Below, in pieces: positions 28,661-41,599 of a stretch of DNA of 64,000 nt. The stretch's first letter is position 1; each line of letters starts with the position of its first letter. The DNA comes from Octopus sinensis. Its lineage: Eukaryota. The translations under genes were made by a program, and so were the position numbers. Under the pieces are notes generated by a model. The model was not told the DNA's origin, did not search any database, and saw only the letters and a list, made by a program, of their open reading frames with translations. The stretch spans positions 158,348,001 through 158,412,000 of the forward strand of contig NC_043000.1 in NCBI RefSeq assembly GCF_006345805.1. The letters are read 5' to 3'.

Positions 28661-30140
28661 CACACATATATATATACATGTGTGTGAGCCTATGTGTATG
28701 TGCAAGCGTGAGTGCGTGTGTGTGTGTTGTGCATGTGGTCCAGTACACACATAGTTAACCAGGCAAATATATGCACTTACATGAATGTCAGTGTGAAAAT
28801 GCGCATGATTTCTAGCCTGTTTTAAATGAAGGTGTATATCTCATTTTATGAACTCGTTGTAGAGGATCAGTTAAATTCTCAAATCTATTTTCAACAATCT
28901 GGAACTTATATGGTTTGGTGTTTAGATTGAAGTGTTGTTGGTGAGTGTTTCAGTTCTATTAGGTTACGGTAATATGAGGAATATCATTCGGATACCATTC
29001 ATGTGCAAGTTTTAACATTATTTTCGTTAGCTTTATTTGCGGGCTTGTGGTTTATATACTAGTGTATATTTTCTGTTTATTTGATTTAGCAACCTATAGT
29101 CTTATGTATATTGTATATGTTATTAGTCATCTAGATGTGTTTGAAAATCTGTAGGTATTTATGTTTTCCTGTCGAATTTAATTTGTCTTATCACACTTTA
29201 TTTCAATTGTTCCTTGCTTGAAGTTCATGGTAAACTGATACTGAAAAGCTATTATTTATATGTACGGTTAATATAGTCATTAAATTTTCAACCTGCATAT
29301 TTGCAATCGAAGTTATCAATCGTGTTCTTCATTGACCGATACTTCTCGAGTTAGCATATTTGCTATTATTAGTTTGGAAATCTCTCGTGGAAGCGCCATC
29401 CAACCAAAATGCAAATATATGGGAAACTACCACCTGTGTCATCTCTTGTGAAAGGTAGGAGAGTCCAGTTTGCTGGACATTGTTGTAGAGCTGAAAAAGA
29501 GGTAATTTCTACTCTTCTCGTCTGGAAGCCATCTACTCGCAATACCAGAGGGTGCACACTCTCCTACCCTGATGTAATCTCCAGGGATGCAGGCATCCAG
29601 CAACAGGACCTCCGTAATGCCATGATGGACCGTGAAGTCTGGCGTAGCATGGTAAATTCCATTGTCTCGACCACGGTCGAACAATGATGATGATGATTAT
29701 TAGTTTGCTATGTATGGAAATGTGAAGTTAATATTTTTATGATTATTTATCATGATTAGTTAACGGTTTGATTCAATGGATATGTTTTGTTTTATGAAAG
29801 TTTTGATATTGCAATTATGTATTCTATAGTGAACATGTGTTTCACTTAATTATATTAATTTGTGGTGTAGCATATGTGTTTCTTAGAGGTCCAATATCTA
29901 GTGATGTTTTCGCTTCAGTGTCCATTGTTCTATGCTTTCGTTTTTCCTTCATAGTCATTTGATTAGTATTTGTTACATTCTATGAATTCCCTGTTTAGTA
30001 CTTCTTATGTAGAGGAAATGGGCATCTAAATAGCATTTTAAATAGTGATATTGTAATTTATGTATTTCCATGTATATATATAAGCAAATGTTTGTGACAT
30101 TGAAGAAAACTGACGTCTCACATATTTTCCTTAAGAATGC
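28390..30140 (-). mobile_element. Decayed Penelope-like element with a duplicated C-terminal segment
   Basis: About 90-bp direct repeat (28396-28485 and 29774-29860) whose minus strand resembles the PLE C-terminal C.LC..EK..I....LLN region; KMRYTPSFK-like motif near 28830. Very degenerate. Confidence 0.4.
29377..29695 (+). mobile_element. 5'-truncated RTE-type LINE (3' end) with TSD
   Basis: WKRHPTKMQIYGKLPPVSSLVKGRRVQFAGHCCRAEKEVISTLLVWKP...AMMDREVWRSMV..Q* then a (TGA)n tail; 12-bp TSD attattagtttg at 29365-29376 and 29696-29707. Confidence 0.85.
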
Positions 30141-31844
30141 CTATATCTGGAAATTGCATTACTGGGAGATTTATTGGTGCGTTATGAATGTTGTGTATAT
30201 ATAAAGAATATGTTTACTACTTCCTTTATTCTCCTGGCATTTCTGGGGGCAGCCATTAGTGTGAATATAGTACTCAGTTAAGAGGATCACAGCGTATAAT
30301 ATTTTAATTTATATCACTGTTTATTCCGATTGTGTGTTACAAGAACACTGGAAATGTGAGTCAGAAAGGGTAAATCAAGTCTACTCACTCCTTTTGTTTA
30401 TAGAATTAAGGTTATTGTTAGGGAAATACTAATTTTGATGTAAAGAACAGCAATATTTATAATTCGATATATTAGGTATGGCAAGAGTCAGAATGTTTTA
30501 TGTGAGCATACACGTTAATTAAAATTGTTCCTACTGTTTGTAATACCGGAAACAGATTTTTTTCTGCAAGAGGGTGTTACTTACTCTTGCGAAGTATGAT
30601 AATCACCCAGTAGCCCATCCCCGTGTTTATAGTATGAAGCGACTTCAAAATACCATATGTCACAGAGAAGAACTTCAGAAAAAAGAATTTCGTTACGATG
30701 TGTTATATTCTAAATGTTTAATAACGGATATCCCCAGTATATGGTCAGACGACAAGTTTTTCTCTATTATACATCTATATGGGAATATACAATTTCATTT
30801 TATAATGCTAAGTGTGGATATCGATTTAAGCATGAACGAATATAATTCTGGGTGTCGAAATTAATAATATTTCATGGATAAAATTACGAAACGGCTGTAA
30901 TCATATGGAAATGACATGGAAGAAAAATGAATTTGTATTTGTTTCTTACACCTCGTAATTTTTTGGGTATTGTTAACTCCTCGTAGAAGTGTTTCTGTGT
31001 GTATATTCTGTATTTTCAGTTCTATGGACAAGTTACACTACATCGAAATTTAATTACTCAGTGAACTGATATTCAATTCCTTCAGGAGTGAGTTCTGCGG
31101 GCTCTGTTTGATGTCCTAAATAAAATTTTCCATTTATTAACACGGCTGCAGTCGCTAATAACTAATCCATAATAAACTTGCAGCCTATTTGCTACATCAG
31201 GATTTGGAAAGATCCTCATATTGCATATAGCATAGTAGCAAGATTGACTGGCAAGTAGTAACCGGATGCTTCCAACTGATGATTTCTAGTAAAATGAAAT
31301 CATGTGATATAAGAATTCCGGCGCCCATGACATATGATTCTTGGTTTGTCCGATGTATATCCGTACTTTTATGTAACAAGCACGTAGATGCGAGGATCTC
31401 TCAAGGTTAATAACGCCGTATTCGGTGTTCTAACAAAACAACCGCGTAAAGGTGAATACATAAATATATAGGCGGGTGTTTTATCGCACTACGAGACATA
31501 TCGTGTATGAGTTGTCTAATATATTTCTGAGATGACCATTAAGATTGTGCTTATTGTTTAGCGCACAAAAATAGCTAAGGACCGTACAAATATAATACAA
31601 AATATGCACATAAACTCACACACACAGACACGCCTGCGCGCATGCACACACACTCACATAATACATAAGCATATGCGCAAGTAGCGTGCACGGATGTGCG
31701 AGTTGGAGGATGTAAGTTTTGTTTAAACATGTGTCTATGTCTATATTAATCTTCGGCAAAACACGCACTCGTTGATACAAATCCACCCATTAGACATAGA
31801 GAGTCACATATACTCAAGTATATATACATATATGTGTGTGTATG

Positions 31845-31946
31845 TGTGTGTATGTCTATGTATGTATTTATCTATGTACTTATACATGCATCTATGTGTA
31901 GGAATGTATTTGTGTATGTACGCAGGTGTGCATGCTTCTATATACA

Positions 31947-32012
<66 letters not shown>

Positions 32013-32065
32013 CGTTTGTGTGTAAATGTTCTCTCTCTACATATATATGTGTGTGTATATATATG

Positions 32066-32109
<44 letters not shown>

Positions 32110-32345
32110 TATATATATACACACATACATACATATATACACACACATATATATGTAGAGAGAGAACAATTTGCACAAACACACACACACACACATAATA
32201 TATATATATATATATATATAATATATATATATACATATATATATATATAGATTCATGCATACGTGCGTACATACACAAATACATACCTACACATAGATAC
32301 ATGTATAAGTACATAGATAAATACATGCATACATACATACATACA
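31845..32345. repeat. ~500-bp imperfect palindrome centred on (TA)n
   Basis: Left arm tatttatctatgtacttatacatgcatctatgtgtagg...aaatgttctctctctacatatatatgtgtgtg pairs with right arm cacacacatatatatgtagagagagaacaattt...cctacacatagatacatgtataagtacatagataaata. Confidence 0.9.
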
Positions 32346-32877
32346 ATGACAGACAGACAATGCAGAAATGTGCTATAATTGACTTTAAAGAAGCGCTAAA
32401 ACCTGGGTCGCTAACAACGTCAACTTCCCTGCAATGTCTTTTAACTCAATTTCTTGTCGTTTAAGATATCTACAAAATCACACGATTGATACGTTTGATT
32501 GCTAAGATACCGGATTACAATGATGGCTAAGTTGGTTTCCAGATATTGTTTCTTCTGATTGTAAATAAATTTCAGTGGCGTCCAAAGTTCCATGCTAAGG
32601 TAAATTTTTGGAGAATGAAATTTGTTTTCGTTGCTTTACGGCTAATATAACTGATGACGTCGAACTAATGTTAGATAGACACAATCAAGATGTTACACAT
32701 GAATGAAGCGGTATCGAATGTGCAGGTATATTTTTAGGAATATATCTCACGTGCTATACGCTTGCAGGTGACGAGAGAACTCTTTGTCGTGGTCACATTA
32801 CAATTGCAATTAGTTAAATTCAGACTTCCGTACAAGCTGCGCCCACACACACACGCTCGCACCACACACACACGCGT

Positions 32878-33087
32878 TTATCTTTTACTGTTTTTCAATC
32901 ATTTGACTGCGGCCACGCTGCGGAATTCCTTGAAGGGTTTTCGTCGAAAAAATCGACCCCAGGACTTTAAGTCCAGTAATTATTCCATCGGACTCTTTTA
33001 CCGAATTGCTAGTTTATGGCGACGTAAACACACAATTGTCAATCGGTGGTGTGGGACAAGTACAGTCGCAAATACACGCAGAGGCGG

Positions 33088-33138
<51 letters not shown>

Positions 33139-33335
33139 AACACACACACATAAACACACACACACACATACGACAGCTTCTTTCAGTTTCCGCCTATCAA
33201 ATACACGCAGAAGTCTTTGGACACCCCGAGGCTACAGTAGAAGACACTTGCTGAAAGTGCTACACAGGGGGACTGAACCCGGAACCATTTGGTTGGGAAG
33301 TAAACTTCTTACTACACAGCTCCGCCTGCGCCTAT
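32878..33335 (-). mobile_element. SINE family 3 (CORE-like), full length, with internal (CA)n
   Basis: Minus-strand head ggcgcaggcggagctgtgtagtaagaagtt..ggttccgggttcagtccc, CORE-like gcaagtgtcttctact, internal dinucleotide tract, 3' gcagtcaaatgattgaaaaacagtaaaaga. Confidence 0.85.
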
Positions 33336-33411
33336 ATACACACCTATGTGCGCGCCATTATTACACAATTTGGGTTCACTGAGACAGACGTCTTATTCAG
33401 CTAGTAAAAGT

Positions 33412-33622
33412 AAACTTTTCTGCTCTAGGCACAAGGCACGAAATTTTGGGGGAGGGAGCTAGTCAATTAGATCGTCCCCAATACGCAAGTGGTACTTAAT
33501 TTATCGACTCCAAAATGATGAAAGGCAAAGTCGACCTCGGCGGAATTCGAACTCAGAACATAAAGACAGACGAAATACCAAGCATTTCGCCCGCCGTGCT
33601 AACGATTCTGCCAGCTCGTAAA
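33412..33622 (-). mobile_element. SINE family 1, full length, tail variant b
   Basis: Minus strand gagctggcagaatcgttagcacggcgggcgaaatgc..gagttcgaattccgccgaggtcgactttgcctttcatc..cccccaaaatttcgtgccttgtgcctagagcagaaaag. Confidence 0.9.
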
Positions 33623-36076
33623 CTAATAGAAGAAACTTGAAGTTCCAGTGAACACGGATTTTATAATAAATCTGCCTCTCCATCTGCTATAAATTAACGA
33701 TTAGTAAATCCTTCGTTGTTATTCTTTAACTTGCTTTAAAATAATATTCGCCATTAATTTAGAACGTATAAAACGATATCAATATGCACATCTATCTTTC
33801 TATCTCCTTCTAACTGTTTATATGCACAAACACACGCATATATATTAATGTTTATAGATATATCTACATTGAGGTAGCAGCGAAAGTAGATAGACATGAA
33901 TACGATATAGATATAGGTATATGTATATCATATTGTATTTTACGTCTTTATAACTATGCTTCTCTCAAGAAATCCCGCTTTATATATTATATATATATAT
34001 ATATATATATCATAGCTTGGAAATTGCTTTTAAAACCCCTGAAAGAAAATATAGACAAGAAACTACCTGCGGATAAAGAAACACCATATCTTCAGTAACC
34101 AATTGTACCAAAGCAGTATTTCTTTTCCTTTTCGTGAATCGTTTGATATTGGCAATGTATTACAAACCTTTTCCTTGTACTTGAAATGTCCATGTCTTTA
34201 AAGACATATTTCCCTTTGCTTCTATATTTCTGTAATACTTCTATCCACCCATGCACACAAATACACACACATAAACACACACACACATACACACACACGA
34301 ACACATACGAACACACACGCATATATATAATGAGTATAAAATGAGTATATAAAATAGAAACTCGATGTGGGTTAGCCGGACAGCAGAGGAAATATTCAGT
34401 TCAAGAAATCCCGTCAAGCAAGCGTTGGCTCATTATCAGCTGATGCTGTAAGGAAGAATGGCCTACCAAACTGTTGGCTCTTTATTGTTCTCCTGCTGCT
34501 TTCGACATGCTGTATTTAGTGGTGATTGAACCTGTGAACTTTGGGTGATATTATTTCTTTCTATTGTCATGTATAGCACTCGATCACGAAGACCACCAAA
34601 AGAACTTCCACTGTGGTTCTAGTTAAATCTGAGTTCTTTATTTCTTCGGTTGTCTGTGTTTTGTTTGAACTCCAGCAATTGTTTCTCCTTGCCAATAGCC
34701 ATATTGAACTGTCCTCTGAGTCACTGTCCTGTGGCGACCTTTGATTCCAAGCTGACTTAATGGTTGGCACAAGGAAACTGCAATGGACGCTCGTGCACCA
34801 ACTTGCATGTGCAACCGTAGCCATCTTTTTAAAGTTCTTTCACAACATCATTATACTTAATCTTATACAGAAAGCGTTCATCGACTTCGTTCTCATCAAC
34901 AACTGTCGATTAAAATTCAGAAAGCAGAAAAATCTGACAAAATAAGTAGTACGACAACAAAAGTCTTGTGATATTTGAACAATAAATATAAATGAATGAA
35001 TGTGAGGTTTTCTACCACGTTCAGTTAAATATCAAATTAAATATTCCTGTATAGAAAATCTTGTTAACGCGTGAAAGTTAATATAATAAGCGTCATCGTT
35101 ATCTTTAAATAGAATTAACTGAAACATGCTTTGAGTTCAAAAAATTGATATACTAGAAACAATGGAATCTATATGTACATACGTCGAAATAATTATGAAA
35201 ATATATATGGTTATGCTATCAATATTCATGTAAGTAGATTGTGACATTTACAGCATATTTATATGCTAAAATATACAGAGATTGGAATTACAAATGTTCA
35301 AGATATCGAGTATTATCATCAATATAGATATATTATCCTCATGATAGAGTATAGAAGTATATGTGTGCTATAGATTGTAGTGAGATCTTTTCACTAATCC
35401 AGTGGCTTACTCACATTCAGTGTTTGACACATATCCGGTACATATTTACCTTTACATCTTCAGAAGCTATTTAGATTAGATTTATTCTCTTCTTCCCCTG
35501 AATCTGATAGAATACCTCAAGCCACTATACAGAGAACTCCTTTTGAGTTTCAAGAAATACGGTCCGAAAATCTTGTTTGAAAAACTTGTTCTTTCTGTCA
35601 ATATTTCTCCTGTTAACTGCTGATTGCTTTACAAGTTTCCTCTTATTCACATCATATTTATTGCAGATCTTGTGTAAAAGCCATTGGTTTATTTCCCCAT
35701 AAATGTCTCGAAAAGGAAAGTAAGAATATGACTAGATATAAACGCGAGACAATATAATTTTTAACATAAGTGATCTTTCCCCGACAAGTGAGGTTCTACA
35801 TTTTTTGATTTAGGACATGCTATTTGAAATAGCTAGCATTAAATCAGAATAAGAATGTATTTCAAACTAAATCCAGACCAGATATTAATTAAGCTGAAAA
35901 AGATAAAGGAAACAAATCTTTCCAAACAATACCAAAGACTTATATGGTATACTAAAAAGTAATCAACAATAACATTACGTGTATGAAAAAGATGTATTGA
36001 CATGTATATAATATATACATACATATATACATACACACACAAATACGCACACACGCAGACACTTATATACTGACAA

Positions 36077-36483
36077 TTTAGAACAGAAAGGCAACAAGTA
36101 TAGTCGTGACTAAAATGATGAATGGTGCTAATAAGCACCACCATTGCTAGAAGTAAGAATTAAAACAATTCTTAGACACGTGAGAACAATGTGCTAACGA
36201 CTGACAAGGGAAATAGGATCCCTCCTTACGACAAGCGAGATGGAGTCACACCAACGCTAATTTCAGATTCAATTAATCATCAGCGGCCCATTACTCCGTC
36301 GTTGAGAGTTAAAGAACATAACTCACCTTGTCAGCTTTACAGAGAACGCCATAAGAAACATTGACTGATTTCGAAAATGGTGAAGTGAGAATTTTAAATT
36401 ATTAAAGTGGCTATTTGCAATTTAGATCCGAAAGGCAACAAGTATAGTCGTCACTAAAGTAACGGAGGTGCTAATAGGCACCA
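36077..36483. repeat. ~63-bp direct repeat pair 344 bp apart
   Basis: gaaaggcaacaagtatagtcgt(g/c)actaaa...ggtgctaata(a/g)gcacca at 36077-36140 and 36421-36483. Confidence 0.85.
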
Positions 36484-37809
36484 GATAGATAAATTGATAG
36501 ATAGATAGAAAGATAGGCAGATAGGTAAGTGGGTAGGTAGTTAGGGAGGGAAGGAGGGAGGTACGTAGTTAGGTAGGTGGGTAGATATGTAGGCAGGCAG
36601 GTATACTTATGGGGAAACTTCGTTTGTATATGTATATGTATCAATGTATGAATATATATATTAATAAGAATGTTGAAGCAAAATCAGAGAAAAAGTGTTG
36701 GAGCTCAATAGTTAAGTACTAAACGAGAAGTCTAGCCTATGGAAACATTGCAATTCACAATTCAGAACCTAACGTTTTTCCTTGAACCCAAACGCAAATT
36801 AACTACTCCATCCAAATCCGAGTTAGGATAAGTAAGTAAGAAGATTATAAATAGCATCAATTGTCGTAGAAACAAGAATATAATAAATAAATAATTGCTA
36901 TACTATTATTAAAGCATAATAATATGGAGAAAAATCATAACTTTAGATTCGCAGTTCATATAATAATAGTCTATGGTGTCGTACTATCTAATAAAACCTA
37001 AATTATCGAAAATAATGAGCTGAAGATGAACGTAATTTATAAAATGGTAACGAGACTTTTGATAAAACTTACACCCAGGATATCCTTCTAAAACAAGTAC
37101 AAGCAAAAATAAATAAATAAATAAAGGAACAGCTTACACAGCAGCTTCATTTGAATTCAATATTATTTAGTATGAAAGAGTTGCTATGTATCGCTGTTTG
37201 ATTACGCCTCTTAAGTGCATGTGCTAATATATTTGGGGAAATAGATGTTAATGCTAAAAGAGACAGAGATACGACGTTATCTTCAAAAGAATATCCATAA
37301 AAAGAACCTATGGGTACATATTAAACTAATTAAATACCATCAATTTCATGTAATCCACATGCTGCCACTATTTCATTGCAAAAGACTAATATGATAACTG
37401 AAAATGTAATATGTTTCCCCTGCATAGTTTTAACAAGCATCATAAACATTAGAAATATTCCAGTCTCTTCCCAAAAAGAAATTTTGGTAAGAAATCTTTT
37501 CGACTATACAGTATTTTAGTTGCTAATGGAATCAATCATGAAGATACTTATCAAATTTGCCACCTAACACTAAAATGAAGTACCAACATATTTTCAATCG
37601 GTATCGGATAAAATATTTCAGCAATGTGTATATTCTTACCAGAAAAAGTTTCCCCTACCAAATGTGAATGTATGAATCCTTTTGTCAGGTACAACCATAG
37701 ATCAAGCTACAGATATCTATTATTTGAAGGTTGTTGTTTAGATTAAGAATCACCAAAGTCGCACGTAACTATTTATATAACTGAATCCATATATTTCTCT
37801 GGAAACTCA

Positions 37810-38510
37810 ACTGCATGCACACAGAATGAATCCTTCATAGGAGAATCCATAAACTGGAGGGCGGAGCAAAATTAAACCTCGGCATGATATGTGAACGCTA
37901 CATGAACATGCCAAACAAATGCATCTTTATTTAGTCATATTGAAATTACGACAAAAGCAGCCACGTACAATTGAGTATTGAAAGAAAATGATGTTGATGT
38001 CAACAATTGGAAAATGGCAACGATATATGACATGACAAAGGAAAAAGGACGGCGCTTAATGGAAACGGTATACAGAAAATTATAGACATCTAAATCCTGC
38101 AAGACATGAAACAATGTTATCCCTGTAGAACTTACAGATGCCAACTTGTACTCCGAACGGCTGGAGAGAATGTTTACTGCTGTGCGGCAAAAATTCCTAG
38201 CATTTGTCAACAGAAACCAAGCTCTTCTGCTGTATGAAAAGACCTCACCTTGCTTGAACGATCCCCAATAAGCTCCAGGAAATGCAGAAAATCGAATCAC
38301 ATGGTCTTGACGTAGCTCCCTAGGATTATTATTTGTTCCGATCCATGACTCACTTCCTGCGCTCGAAAAGCTTCATCAACCGGTGGAAGTTCTTCGCCCC
38401 GAAGGACAAAAACTGGTATCAACGATGGACCAAAGAACTGGTAGGGAAATGACTTCAGACGATGCAACTCAGTGGCCTCAAATAGATTGCCTTTCTTGTA
38501 ATTTGATGAA
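37810..38510 (+). mobile_element. Mariner transposase remnant (catalytic/C-terminal part)
   Basis: LTDANLYSERLERM..FVNRNQALLLYE, DVAP*DYYLFRSMTHFLR (YSPDLAPSDYYLF motif), KDKNWYQRWTKELVGK*; frameshifted. Confidence 0.85.
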
Positions 38511-39057
38511 TAAAGCAAACAATTTACCCAAATATTGCAAAACTTTTTACTCAACACGTATAGGTATATAGTATATCAAATCGTATAGTAATACGGCAGA
38601 TTTTATAATGTTCAGGCAGCACCTTATATAACACACCCATACACGCACACCTACACGCACAAACGCACGCGTGTACTTGAAAGAAAACGCAGAAATACGG
38701 CATCTTTTGATCTATTTATCTTTCAGACAATTGATTCTTTCGCAAAGTATAGAAGAAATCTCTTAATCTTAATTAAATATTCCGAAACGCACATTTATGC
38801 ATGCACGCACACACACACACACTCACACACACACACACATACAAACACGCACGCGCACACAGACACACATGTATGTATGTATACATGACCATCCCCAAAT
38901 ACAACAATATATGATTGTAGATAGAACTATATATACATATTTATGTGTATATATATATGTATGTATGAATGTATATATATATATATGTGTGAATATATAT
39001 ATATATTTATACAAATGTATATATATATATATATATATATATACATACATACATACA

Positions 39058-39093
<36 letters not shown>

Positions 39094-39841
39094 TATATAT
39101 AATATATATATATACACATATATACACAAACATAAAAATACATTATACAAACACGCGCACACATATTAAACACATTGTTCAAACTTCACACGTGCAAACA
39201 CAACGTCTGTCCAGGAAAATTGTTCCCCTATAGGCAATCAACCTTTCCAAATTCTAAATTGGTACTTGGCCGAATTACTGTGCTAGGGATTAGCACTACT
39301 ATAACTGACAGAATTTCCGCTCCACCTACCGTCTAATGACTCAAATCTCCTTCTCCAATTGAATGAATCTTTTCTCTTTATACGCTTCCGTGTTTGTCTT
39401 CAACTTTTTTAAGCTTTTCCTTTTCCATTTTCTATTTGTGCGCGGGTATATATATATATATATATATGCACACACACACACACACACACACATATATGAA
39501 TACACCACATACACACACAAGCATACGTATAAGTTACCTTTTAAGAGTACGAAGGTATCATGGGTTCCAATACTTGTTCTTTCTTGTAACTTGTATTTAC
39601 ACTTCCTTTCTGACGTTCGTCGAAATTTCTCCGTAATTTAAGTCATTATTAAATGTATCATATCAAACCAGTGACCAAGATGGGCCACGGCGTTTATTTC
39701 CTTTGTTTGATCTTTCCCACTACATTAATGTTGCTTAAATATATTTGATAGCCACGATGTCCCTGGGCCTTACCTTTACAGTATAAAAGTTTTGTTTTTA
39801 CTGAAAAGACACTGATATAAGTAGATTGGATTTTATTTATT

Positions 39842-39884
<43 letters not shown>

Positions 39885-39951
39885 CCTCGTGAAGACTACC
39901 TGCAATTTTTTTCCCTCTGTCCTCCCGCCTCGGGATCTTTCTTTCTCCTAT

Positions 39952-39986
39952 GTTTCCGACGAAGAGCTCCGCTCGAAACGTCATAC
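39952..39986 (+). ncRNA. Minimal hammerhead-ribozyme-like motif (Penelope pLTR type), degenerate
   Basis: gttt-CCGACGA-a-gagc(tcc)gctc-GAAA-cg-TC-atac: core CUGANGA with U4>C, 4-bp stem II, GAAA, ACGU stem III, 3 of 4 stem-I pairs. Confidence 0.5.
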
Positions 39987-40465
39987 CCTCCTTCTTCCAT
40001 TCTTCCTGAGCGTCTAATAATACTTTATTTGTTCCACATCCTCGCGCTGTTGTCTTTTTGTTTTTCTTGTTTGGATTAACTTTATATATATATATATAAA
40101 TATATATACATATATATATATATATATAATACACATATATACACAAACATAAAAATACATTTATACAAACACGCGCACACATATTAAACACATTGTTCAA
40201 ACTTCACACGTGCAAACACAACGTCTGTCCAGGAAAATTGTTCCCCTATAGGCAATCAACCTTTCCAAATTCTAAATTGGTACTTGGCCGAATTACTGTG
40301 CTATGGATTAGCACTTACTATAACTGACAGAATTTCCGCTCCACCTACCGTCTAATGACTCAAATCTCCTTCTCCAATTGAATGAATCTTTTCTCTTTAT
40401 ACGCTTCCGTGTTTGTCTTCAACTTTTTTAAGCTTTTCCTTTTCCATTTTCTATTTGTGCGCGGG

Positions 40466-40497
<32 letters not shown>

Positions 40498-40875
40498 TGT
40501 ATATATATGCACACACACACACACATATATGAATACACCACATACACACACAAGCATACGTATAAGTTACCTTTTAAGAGTACGAAGGTATCATGGGTTC
40601 CAATACTTGTTCTTTCTTGTAACTTGTATTTACACTTCCTTTCTGACGTTTGTCGAAATTTCTCCGTAATTTAAGTCATTATTAAATGTATCATATCAAA
40701 CCAGTAATCAAGATGGGCCCACGGCGTTTATTTCCTTTGTTTGATCTTTCCCACTACATTAATGTTGCTTAAATATATTTGATAACCACGATGTCCCTGG
40801 GCCTTACCTTTACAGTATAAAAGTTTTGTTTTTACTGAAAAGACACTGATATAAGTAGATTGGATTTTATTTATT

Positions 40876-40917
<42 letters not shown>

Positions 40918-40985
40918 ACCTCGTGAAGACTACCTGCAATTTTTTTCCCTCTGTCCTCCCGCCTCGGGATCTTTCTTTCTCCTAT

Positions 40986-41020
40986 GTTTCCGACGAAGAG
41001 CTCCGCTCGAAACGTCATAC
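40986..41020 (+). ncRNA. Second copy of the minimal hammerhead-like motif
   Basis: Identical 35-mer in the second unit of the tandem duplication. Confidence 0.5.
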
Positions 41021-41599
41021 CCTCCTTCTTCCATTCTTTCCTGAGCGTCTAATAATACTTTATTTGTTCCACATCCTCGCGTTGTTGTCTTTTTGTTTTT
41101 CTTGTTTGGATTAACTTTATATATATATATATAAATATATATACATATATATATGTATACACACAAACACAAACTCATATATATGAAGTAAAATCAGCTC
41201 TAGTGTAATAAATATTATTAAATACATATACTAATGTATATGCTTCGTGTTTTTTCGGAAGCCGGAATAGCGTATCGGAATATATAAACTCTGATTATCA
41301 CCTGTGTTAAATCACCTTAGACATGGACAGGGAAGATAACCTACCCGCTAACATATATGCAATTTCCGGGCATACTATGCCATGAGCATATACGTCGTGG
41401 ACTGGCTAGGTGATTTGCCTTCAAACCCACGCGGGTAGGTGATGCTGACAGCCACAAATATGGCAAAACATCGATGACCATCACTCCCAACATCGGTGAC
41501 AATGAGAGCTTATATACTCCGATACGCATTGAAATCTCTGGAAAATACACAAAGCATATACATTAGTATATGTATTTAATATTATATACTCGTCGCATT

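Larger units (their letters stand above)
39113..41155. repeat. Tandem duplication of a ~1017-bp unit (39113-40129, 40130-~41155)
   Basis: Unique sequence repeated almost verbatim; differences are microsatellite lengths, a few substitutions and 1-bp indels. Confidence 0.95.

Noticed and set aside
30574-30864. 96-aa ORF on the + strand
   Set aside because: No recognisable motif; length is within chance expectation for a window this size.
32762-33382. 206-aa ORF
   Set aside because: Antisense read-through of a family-3 SINE and its (CA)n tract.
34410-34900. Protein-like minus-strand frame (VDENEVDERFLYKIKYNDVVKEL*...) whose stops might be removed by A-to-I editing
   Set aside because: About five stops in 150 codons is what random sequence gives; no homology recognised and no evidence of editing.
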